A stretch of 33,069 nucleotides of DNA, taken from Octopus bimaculoides. Its lineage: Eukaryota. The notes beneath the pieces were generated by a model. That model had not been told where the DNA came from and ran no database searches. It saw nothing but the letters and a program-made list of their open reading frames with translations. Location: positions 117,353,188 to 117,386,256 of the forward strand of contig NC_068983.1 of the NCBI RefSeq assembly GCF_001194135.2, given 5' to 3'. How positions within the stretch are numbered: position 1 is the first letter of the stretch; the number at the start of each line of letters is the position of its first letter. Below are positions 23,721-33,069 of the stretch, piece after piece. A program made the position numbers and the translations under genes.

Positions 23721-24715
23721 ATTCATTTTCTTGTAATTTTCACATGTTCAGTATTATTTACTTATCTACATCGTAAATTGTTTTCAATATTGATTGCTTT
23801 CCTTAGAAAATGTAACTGATTGACTGTTTCTGGTACTTATTTCATAGACCTATAAATAATAAAAGTCAAAGTCGACTAAATTATATATTACACCTCTTGC
23901 TAACTTGCTAACTGCTCCGTTTCTCTAAGAGTATTCAGGAGCATGATACTACAAGTATGGTGTTGAATCAAACAAAATGAACTATATAATTGCGGTATTT
24001 CATTGTTTCAGAGTTCATATTTCAAATCATATCTACTTTCAATTTATCTTCATTCTCTTAATTTTTGATATTCTATTCAATATAATTCATTTTTAGAATA
24101 AGCTCATTGTAGGTAGCTTAGTGGTGAATAATATTATGGAGGCTCCGTTACTAGTAAAAATCCATGAAATAAAGGAATCTTTGTTGTTATTGAAATTGTA
24201 ATTATTGTTTAACCTAAAATGTCCTCTTATTAAGCAATGACCATATGAGGTTTATTTATTTTTCACACACAGTCTTCTATCAAGAACTACATCATCCGAT
24301 CCATTATTTTTTTCTTTTTGGAGATGATAGCATATCATTGGATGTATTGGATGTAGATTTTACTATTATGTCTAGCATGTTCACTCATAGAAATGTTACT
24401 CGCCCATTAAGTGTTATTTGAAGTTTCAAATGAAAAAAGCAGCTCTATTTACTTTTAAGCTTGTTATATCTAACTAAAAATGAAACTGATGTGTTCGGAA
24501 AGTTCAATGAAAACCTTGGCATGTGATTAGAGTGACAATTATCGTTTTTATAAAGCTGTTAAAGAAACTGTAATCGTGTGGAGATAAACGTAATCATGTT
24601 GTATAATTTAGAATGGCAATTTGAAATGTGTTTCACATCCATACAAACCTGCTATTGACTATCTAAATATTGTTTGCAAATTTTGTTATAAGACCAGTAA
24701 TTTTCAGTGAGTCGG

Positions 24716-24792
24716 TAAGTCGATTATATCAACCCCCACTGCTCATCTAGTAATTATTTTAATGACAACGAAAGGATGAAAAAGGCATAAAA
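24716..24792 (-). mobile_element. Degenerate SINE family B fragment
   Basis: cgattatatcaacccccactgctc...tattttaatgacaacgaaaggatgaaaaaggc resembles the reverse complement of the family B body. Confidence 0.5.
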
Positions 24793-25869
24793 TAAGAAAG
24801 ATATCAAAGCGCTAAATATTAAAAATACTCTTTTGTTATTCACCAATGCTGTCTTCCCACTCTATCAATATACATACAATACTCCAGACTGAAAACGCTA
24901 TTAAAAACATCAGTAATACATGATTCTCCTCCTGTAAATTAGTTATTGTAGAATGGGATCTTTGTGGGTTTCGTCACTGCTTGCAATTTTGCTCCAGTTG
25001 TTTCAAATTTAATACATGGATTAAGTTTTGTATACTAATTGTGAAAATGCAATTCTATTTCCCTATAAATCTATAATCAAAAAGTTATTACCCAAATTTC
25101 GCAAATTTAAAGGCTATTTTAGCCAACCAGGAGCGAAGCAAAAAATTCTATTTCCATAGTAACCAAAGATGCTGCGCACGCGCACAGGGAGAATGGGAAA
25201 CGAGAAAGATAATCTTCTACTATAATAATACTCTTGTTTTTTCTCCGTCATAACATATGAATGAGAAAGGAATGGGTGGTGGCAAACTGGCGGGATGGTG
25301 AACGTTCAACGCAGAAAAGAAAAAAATAAACAGCGTTTCAACTCTGTGAGTATATGCGTGTATATGTGTGCGTGTACAAAGGAAGTATGTGAATGTATGT
25401 GAACATTGAAAAGTGTATTAATTTGACTTACTGTCCATATTTCCATATAAAATACTACAATTAGCCGTCATTTATGACGGTATGGGGCCAGCTAGTTTAT
25501 TTTATAAAATCCTGGAGTGTATTGTAAACTTTCGTCCTTGAACTTTTGTAACTTGTAAATGTCTGTTTTAAACAATATTTTGAATGTTATTTCTAGCAAC
25601 TCCTTGGTTAGTTTCTTCGTAGCTTTTAAATATTTAATTTGCTCACGAATGTTTTAATGTTAACTTCATTCGTGTATATTTTAATACTTTAACTATTATG
25701 TCTAGCAATGTTTTGACGTGCCGATCTTCATACACCACACAATGTAAACCCGGTCTAGCGTATCCCTACAATTTAAAATATAATTAAATTCTAGTTAATT
25801 CAAATATATTTTCTGTGTATTTTCATCTTCATTTCTTCTATCCTTCCAATTGTTTAGATTAATAACAAT

Positions 25870-25894
25870 TTACATGCATGCATACACACACATA

Positions 25895-25940
<46 letters not shown>

Positions 25941-25995
25941 NNNNNNNNNNNNNNNNNNNNNNNNNNNNNNNNNNNNNNNNNNNNNNNNNNNNNNN

Positions 25996-26037
<42 letters not shown>

Positions 26038-26066
26038 TATATATATTTATATATATATATATATAT
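25870..26066. repeat. (TA)n / gap / (CA)n / (TA)n microsatellite
   Basis: Seen directly. Confidence 0.9.
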
Positions 26067-26220
26067 AGGTGAGCACATAAGTGCAAAACAATGAGTAAAA
26101 AGTAGTACTCGAATACCAAAGATTCATCGGACAGTTGTGGTGAAAGACCAGCGTTTTTCATCCCAACTCTCCGACGAACGGAAACGTGAAACTCTGAGTA
26201 ACAGTTTTGCGATATATATA

Positions 26221-27138
26221 TTGAGTCATCCCATAAATAATGCGGTTTTCAGTTGCATGAACTAAAAGTTGGAGGGGGACAGGATAAACTACCTCCACCA
26301 ACTTGTTATAAAATCAGGTAGTTATGTTACCTTATACTTATTCTTAGTGCAACTTTTGAAGGGTGCAGTTCGATTTTAACAGTTATTTTTCAAAGCTATA
26401 ATGGAAGTGACAAAATGAATATATTCGGTATATTTTGCTTTATGAGTTCAATAAAGGCAACAATGCAACGGAAGGTGCGAGGAATATTAATGCAGTATAT
26501 GGGGAGCGGACAATAAGCGTAAGCCAGTGTCAACGGTGGTTCCAGAAATTCCGAGTCGGAAACTACAACCCAGAAGAGTAGCCTCGTCCTTGAAGATCTG
26601 CAGAGCTCGACAAGGACGTCCTACAAATCCTGGTGGAACAAAATCCCATCGTAACTGTTGAGGAACCAGCAGAGAAGCTTAGATTTGGTCATTAACCATG
26701 CATCGATACCTATATGCCATCGGAAAACGACCGTCTTCGGTTTCACGACGAAATGTACTCTTTCATCAAGATAATACGCGGCCACATACAGCGAGGATGA
26801 TATTCCAAAGGCTGGAGCAGTTTGAATGGGAAACAATGTCCACCCACCATACTCACTAGACATTGTCTCATCTGATTATCATTTATTCCGCAATTTTCGA
26901 AATCATTTGGATGGAAAAAATATGAATTCTGTAGACGAGATCAGAAAATTACTCGGGGAGTATTTTTCGTCACGGACAAGTGAATTTTGGAAGAGGGGCC
27001 TTGCAAGTTTACCAGATAGCTGCAAGAGCATTGTAGAAAATGAAGGAGATTATGTTTTAGATTAAAAAATAACTTTGTCATAATTTTGAAAAAGAAAGGA
27101 AATATCAAAAAACCTGCATTATTTATGGGATTACCCAA
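26221..27138 (+). mobile_element. Non-autonomous mariner (DD34D), internally deleted, 918 bp; same family as 3270-4191
   Basis: TIRs ttgagtcatcccataaataatgc / gcattatttatgggattacccaa with TA at 26219-26220 and 27139-27140. Decayed transposase ...LLYEFNKGNNATEGARNINAVYG...LFHQDNTRPH...HPPYSLDIVSSDYHLFRNFRNHLDGK...GDYVLD*. Confidence 0.92.
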
Positions 27139-27308
27139 TATATGTGTGTGTGTGTGTGTTCATTCATTTATTTATTTATATGCTTGTATATGTGTATGTG
27201 TGCGTGGGAGTGAGAGAGAGTTTATAAATTATTGCATAATATGAGGTACATTCAACGAACTTTAGGTATAATTATGACACGTACTCTATTTTCAGTATTC
27301 ATTTTTGC

Positions 27309-27314
27309 TTTATT
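27309..27314 (-). promoter_or_regulatory. Candidate polyadenylation signal AATAAA overlapping the peptidase stop codon; alternatives at 27176-27167
   Basis: Minus strand GAG AAA TAA A; a further AATAAATAAA lies about 140 nt downstream. Confidence 0.35.
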
Positions 27315-27457
27315 TCTCACATGCTTTCAGATTTGACATAATATCAACGCGATTGTTTGTGTATGCATAAATAAGTACTTCATACACCATCGGATCATGT
27401 TTTCGCAAGAACTCACGAGCAATTCTTTCACTTGAACAAACTCTTGCTCCACCACAC
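27310..27457 (-). CDS. Terminal coding exon of the same metallopeptidase
   Basis: Acceptor TTTTGTTTTATTCTTCAAG|G, phase 2 (CT+G = Leu). Encodes CGGARVCSSERIAREFLRKHDPMVYEVLIYAYTNNRVDIMSNLKACEK then TAA at 27312-27310. The R..L...DP..Y..L helix matches my recollection of this family's C-terminus. Too short to appear in the ORF track; found by reading the minus strand. Confidence 0.8.
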
Positions 27458-27751
27458 CTTGAAGAATAAAACAAAATCATAAAAATATTACGAGATTGAT
27501 ACGGAGGAAATCAAACAAAAAATAGAATATAGAATACTCAATATTTTTTTATAAATACAATCTGTTAAATCTCAATCCTGCTTTTCCTTTTAATCATCGT
27601 ATCTTTCTGTTCTTAGTAGTTAATGATCTGAGATCTAAAGAGTGAATTCTTAGACTTCTTTAAAATATAAGTAAATCACAGAGAGAGTTTTCATTTTATC
27701 TTGCACCTCTATGTACTACTATTAAAAAATCATTAAAAAAATCTTTTATTC

Positions 27752-27945
27752 TTATTGTTTCAGTCATTTGACTGCAGTCATGCTGGTGCACTGCTTTGAG
27801 GGGTTTAGTCGAACAAATTGACCCATGTTCTTACATTTTTAAAACCTTGAACTTACATTATCAGTTTTTTTATCTGGCCGAAGAGCTATGTTGCGGAAAT
27901 GTAAACAAGCCAACAGCAGTTTCTAAGCTATGCTGGGGGTCAACG
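27752..27945 (-). mobile_element. SINE family A, 3' half, in the last intron of the peptidase gene
   Basis: tgtttcagtcatttgactgcagtcatgctggtgcactgc...tagtcgaacaaattgacc is the reverse complement of the family A tail. Confidence 0.75.
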
Positions 27946-27994
27946 CAAACGCAAAGGTACATATACATACATAAAAGCACGCACACACAGAGAA

Positions 27995-28018
27995 ATCATA
28001 CACACACGCACACACACT

Positions 28019-28049
<31 letters not shown>

Positions 28050-28535
28050 GTATATAGATATATATGTATATATGTCTATAGATATATATGTATATATGTA
28101 TATATGTATATAGATATATAAGTATATATGTATATATGTATATAGATATATATGTATATAGATATATAAGTATATATGTATATATGTATATAGATATATA
28201 TGTATATAGATATATATAGATATATATGTATATAGATATATATGTATATATGTATATAGATATATATGTATATAGATATATATGTATATAGATATATATG
28301 TATATAGATATATATGTATATGTATATATATGTATATAGATGTATATAGATATATATGTATATAGATATATATGTATATAGATATATATAGATATATATG
28401 TATATAGATATATATAGATATATATGTATATAGATATATATGTATATAGATATATATGTATATATATGTATATAGATATATATATATATATGTATATAGA
28501 TATATATGTATATATATATATGTATATATATATAT
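27995..28535. repeat. (CA)n followed by a ~490-bp TATATAGA/TATATATG higher-order microsatellite
   Basis: Repeated 16-nt unit tatatagatatatatg with variants; seen directly. Confidence 0.9.
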
Positions 28536-28671
28536 TTCATTGATTAGAGAACAAACATCAAATTCGGGCCAGCGACTCTATATAACCATACACTTCTATA
28601 TATTTCATTATATACAAATAATACCATGGCCTTCGACATATAAAAGAAATACACATATAAATACCGAATGT

Positions 28672-28674
<3 letters not shown>

Positions 28675-28740
<66 letters not shown>
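28675..28740. repeat. (TA)n microsatellite
   Basis: Seen directly. Confidence 0.95.
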
Positions 28741-28745
<5 letters not shown>

Positions 28746-28775
28746 TATAAAAAATACAAAAATATACAGAAGGAC

Positions 28776-31174
28776 CTGTATGGAAAAATGTATTAAAAAA
28801 TCGACTAAAATAGGCGATTGAAATGAATTACAAAAACATATCAAACAACTAAAAAAATTTACCCATCGATTAGAAATATATCAAAATAGTCAGTTCTTAA
28901 AATTGAAGCAATAGCAATCCATGGTAGGCCCGGTATCCATGGAGTGTAAGACAGTTCCAAAAAAGGGTAAGTCAAAATCCACATCCATGGCCAATTCGGG
29001 AGTTAATTGCTGCGATCCGACTGCATGTTAAAGCACATCTTGGCAATGACCCCTTCATCAGGATGAACAGAACTCTCTAGCAATATTTCATCCTCTTAAT
29101 TTAACCAATCAAATTTTGTGTGATGAAATAGGTATTTCAACATCTCAAACAGTCATAATTGGTCTGATGAATTATTTCATCATCTCAAATTCAATATAAA
29201 TATAACCGTTTGTATCTATTTCCTTACTTTTTTTTTACAGTGTTAACAATGTCAAGACAGTGTGGAAATCGTCCTGATCTGTTTCTTTTTTGTCTGTGAA
29301 CAATTTATTGTGAAAGCTCAAAAACGTACAATAACACCAGAGATCAAAAAGGCTTGTAGGCTATACTTTGACTGTCCTCTTGGAGATCAGGGCAAGCTAT
29401 GGGCATCACATTCTATCTGCGCAGCTTGCTTAAATAGCTTACGTGACCGATTCAATAATAAGAAGTCCACGCCTTTTTCCATTCCAATGATATGGAGGGA
29501 GCCGAAAGACCATTTTAATAACTGTTATTTTTGCAAACTAAATGTCACAAGATTTTCTATGAAGAATAAACACAAAATTGTGTATTTCAATTTGGATTTT
29601 GCAATGAGACCTGCGCCTTACAATGGAAGTCTTCCAATTCCAGTTCCACCAGAAGATGGTATTAAAACATCAGATGATGATGCTGACTGCCACGATAGTC
29701 CTGCCCGAGGAAGATTACGTGGCTGATGACGATAGCGTTGAACCTCAGAAATTTTCCCAAGTTGAACTGAATGACCTTGTCAGAGACCTATCCTTCTCGA
29801 AAGATAAAGCAGAACTGAAGGAGAAGTATCTGCCAGAGCACGATGTTCGTATAACTTATTTTCGGCAGAGAAATGTGGTTCTACAAACGTGTTTTTCTGT
29901 TGAAGGCCCGCTTTACTTTTGCAGTAACATCGATGAACTTTTCAAATGTTTATCACAACATCATGATCCTGCAGAGTGGCGTTTGTTTATTGATTCTTCA
30001 AAATGAAGTTTAAAAGCTGTATTTCTCCATAAAGGCAATTTGAAGCCCTGCATTCCTATTGCACACTCCGTTCATCATGAATCATATAAGAATATGGAAC
30101 TTTTACTTCATGCCATTACCTATGAAAGACACTCATGGAAAATATGCGGAGATTTAAAAGTCATTGGAATGATATTGGAAATGCAGTCAAGTTTCATAAA
30201 ATACTGTTGCTTCTTGTGTATATGGGATAGTCGGGCAACTGGCAGACATTATTCAGAATCAAACTGACAAGAACATCACACCAGCCAGGACTGTCTAGCG
30301 TCAAGAACACACCTCTTGTATATCCATGTAATGTCCTATTGCCTCCTTTGCACATAAAGCTTGGACTGATGAAACAGTTTGTAAAAGCACTAGGGAAGAA
30401 AATGCCTGAGGGTTTGAGTATATGGTAGAAAAGTTTCCCCAAATCGCACAGGCGAAGTTGAAAGAAGGTATCTTTGTCGGACCCCAAATTAAAGATGACA
30501 ACTTCAAGACAACACTGGATGAGCTGGAAATGCCTGCCTAGAATGTTTTCAATTGGATCTATGAAAATTTCTTGGGCAACAAGCAGGCAATGGACTACAA
30601 GGATGGCATTAAAAATTTTCTGAAATGTTACTCAGCAATGGTTGTTGCATGTCGCTGAAAGTTCACTTCTTGGTCTCCTATTTGGATTTCTTTGCAGATA
30701 ACCTTGGTGTGATGAACATGGTGAAAGATTTCACCAGGGCATTACTGTTGTGGAGAAACGGTACGAGAGCTTCTGGAATGACAATATGCTGACTGACTAC
30801 TGCTGGACACTTTACTGTGATCAACCAGATCAGGAACACCGCAGGAAATCCAAATTACAATGTTTCTCACTCTGTTGTTCTTTGTCCTGTTTGTCTGACC
30901 CGTTTTTTTTTTGTGTGTGTGTATTCACTCTTTGTAGAATGATAGTGATGTCTCTTAACTCAATAAACTCATTTACATTCTAAAAATAATATGTCTTTAT
31001 GTATTGTGTTAATGATTTCATATATACAAATATGTAAATATTTGTATACTATATGTAAATATGTAAATATTTGAAACAAATGATTTTCAAGCAGAGTTAA
31101 AAGTTAAATATTTTGACAGTTAATCATCTTGATTAGTTGTTTCTCACCAATGATTTTGTCATTTTTCTATGCAG
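28776..31174 (+). mobile_element. Decayed cut-and-paste DNA transposon, probably Chapaev/Chapaev3-like (CMC group), antisense within the peptidase's last intron
   Basis: Transposase relic from ATG 29249 to about 30870: H..C..C…W.EPKDH...C.FC zinc-finger region, WRLFIDSS, ICGDLKVIG, KYCCFLCIWDSRA, LPPLHIKLGLMKQFVKAL, KLKEGIFVGPQI, DEHGERFHQ. Degenerate TIRs ctgtatggaaaaatg (28776-28790) and catttttctatgcag (31160-31174) match 13/15. Transposon identity is solid; the superfamily name is from memory. Confidence 0.7.
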
Positions 31175-31216
31175 TAAAATAATTATCGAAGCAGAAAATA
31201 AATAATCCCAACTTAC

Positions 31217-31371
31217 AGATTCATGCCGCCTGTCGTGATGGTATCTGTTCGTATGATATTGTGGAAAAAGGACTCAGAAGCCACAGCAAAATATTCATAT
31301 TCATTAGCCATCGAATAACTGTTCATACGCCATAATTGACCACTTCGGGCATTGTTATAGGCTGCTTTGAT
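31217..31371 (-). CDS. Internal coding exon of the same metallopeptidase; carries the predicted third Zn ligand (Glu) and catalytic Tyr
   Basis: Acceptor CTCTTTTTTATTGTGTGATTCGTCACCAG|, donor AATCT|GTAAGT (31216-31211). 155 nt, phase 0 to 2, matching both neighbours. Encodes IKAAYNNARSGQLWRMNSYSMANEYEYFAVASESFFHNIIRTDTITTGGMN. Confidence 0.85.
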
Positions 31372-32396
31372 CTGGTGACGAATCACACAATAAAAAAGAG
31401 ATTTCAGAATGTATTCAGTGATTATTTCCACACTTCACAAATTATCGATAATATACTTCTTTTCTGAATCATCATATTAATTAATGTAAATGAATGTTTC
31501 TTAAATGAAAAGTAATGTAAAATCACTGGATATTCTAATATATCTGTACGTAGCAACTATTTCCTTATGTAAGGAAGGATTACGTTATAGTCTTGTTTTA
31601 ATGTTATTATTAGGAATTTTATTTGCGCCAAAGTTATGATAACTTCACGTGCATTTATTTATAAATGTATATGGACATTGAATCCAGTAGATGAAAGAAG
31701 TATACAAGTCGTATGAATACATTCACTTAACTAAAATACATAAGTATTGAGGTCATGTGGAAACCTTCATTTGACCAGAATTTTTTAACATATTTAAAAT
31801 ATTCTACTGATTTGTTAGAAAGGAATAACTATTGCATAGAAATAAAAGATAAAACAAAACGATGCGATTTGAATTTGAAATGGAGATAGAGAAATTACAC
31901 ACGTTAATGATATTCAGTGCAATGCTTTCATGTTTATATCCTTTTCAATACCGCACATTTAATACATATGTTAATGTCAGACTTTTGTCAGACAATTGAT
32001 AACAAACAAAAAAGCAAAAGGAAAGGGGAAGCAGAATGTGTGTACATCTGAATAGCTACAACTAACTTCATTTTAAGATCTTAAATTGATTACCGATTTC
32101 ATCTCACCAATGTGATTTATCATGTTTTGTGAAGGAAAACTAACTACACAAACTAAAATACTGCAGCAGTTTATTATTTCATAGCATTTACAATTTATGT
32201 GAGAGCATCATCTATTCGAAAAGCTTTCAGAATAACCCTACATATAATTATAGAAGAAATGTGTGTCTTTTACACATAGACATAAATCATTAAATAGCAA
32301 ATATACATTGTATAACTGTCCTAATCAAATAAATTATTTTAGAAAATGCTTTATAAAGAATTTTAACTAAATGAAAATGCTCTCAAAATTTCTTAC

Positions 32397-32605
32397 CTTA
32401 TCTTTCCATTTTTGCTCCATGTAGATATGCACAAGATGAGCAAATTCATGAGTCAAAATACTTTCTGTGCCTCTGTAAATATCTCTCGGCATGCAGAGTA
32501 CAGATTCCATATTCGATAAACTAATTGAATTTGTCATTCCTGGAACCATTGCATATTTTCGACCATCAAAAGTACAAGTATTGCGGCATTGTCCATCACA
32601 TCGAT
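32397..32605 (-). CDS. Internal coding exon of a zinc metallopeptidase (ATLF/MtfA-like gluzincin); carries the HEXXH motif
   Basis: Acceptor ...TGAATTCCAG| (AG at 32607-32606), donor AAG|GTAAGA (32396-32391). 209 nt, phase 1 to 0. Encodes xRCDGQCRNTCTFDGRKYAMVPGMTNSISLSNMESVLCMPRDIYRGTESILTHEFAHLVHIYMEQKWKDK; HEFAH at 32450-32436. An in-frame TGA just upstream of the acceptor (32615-32613) fixes the boundary. Confidence 0.85.
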
Positions 32606-33069
32606 CTGGAATTCATTTAATACCAAAAGATGAATTTTTTTTCAGATGCCTACATTCTTAGATATTTGCAGCCTTACAAAATATTTTATCGTAATTGAAT
32701 TTCGAAAGATTTAGCTCTAAAAGAATCATTTCATTTTATTTCTAAACTAATCTATCGTCACCATGTAATGATGTCTTTGTTTTTACTTTTAAGACTGTGG
32801 CAACTGAAAATGTTAATACAATGCCACTCGTTCACTGTTGTAAGTAACAAGATGATATGTAAATAGCAAATGTATGGATAACATACAGTGCTGGATCAAA
32901 ATCTTTCTAGGAACGTCAAATATGAAGGACATTCTCGAGATATACTAAATGAACTAATATATCATCTTTTCATTGTTCAAAAATTATTTCCAATTATGAA
33001 AGCAGTGCTGTTTCAATATTCTCTCCACCAATCTCTCCCGCATCCCTCTTTCTAAATATATATATATAT

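Noticed and set aside
31372-31431. ORF-track N-terminus MEIITEYILKSLFYCVIRHQ, and the VRNFESIFI tail at 32396-32367
   Set aside because: Intronic read-through beyond the splice sites; the polypyrimidine tract and GTAAGA donor define the real boundaries.
32870-32960. Possible upstream peptidase exon (TTTAG|YISRMSFIFDVPRKILIQH|GTATGT) with compatible phase
   Set aside because: The peptide does not resemble what is expected upstream in this family and the signals are weak; the 5' exons are probably outside the window.

Overview
AT-rich, repeat-dense eukaryotic genomic DNA with six N gaps (805-1553, 3014-3251, 10286-10295, 13321-13330, 19848-20279, 25941-25995). The tRNA-derived SINE families and (TA)n/(CA)n/(AAT)n density point to an octopus/cephalopod genome (inference). 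The only host gene I can support is the 3' part of a minus-strand spliced gene, exons 32605-32397, 31371-31217 and 27457-27310. The exons join in frame through canonical GT-AG introns into 169 aa of a Cys-rich zinc metallopeptidase: HEFAH plus a downstream Y-x6-E-YFA motif with anthrax lethal factor/MtfA-type gluzincin spacing, resembling bacterial proteins. Its 5' exons lie beyond the window. The rest is mostly mobile DNA: two ~920-bp internally deleted mariners, a mariner MITE, a decayed Chapaev-like transposon in the gene's last intron, L1-Tx1, Dong/R4 and CR1/L2-like LINE fragments, two SINE families, several Penelope-type hammerhead-ribozyme-like motifs, and two perfect hairpins. No database searches were run, so family names rest on motif recognition.
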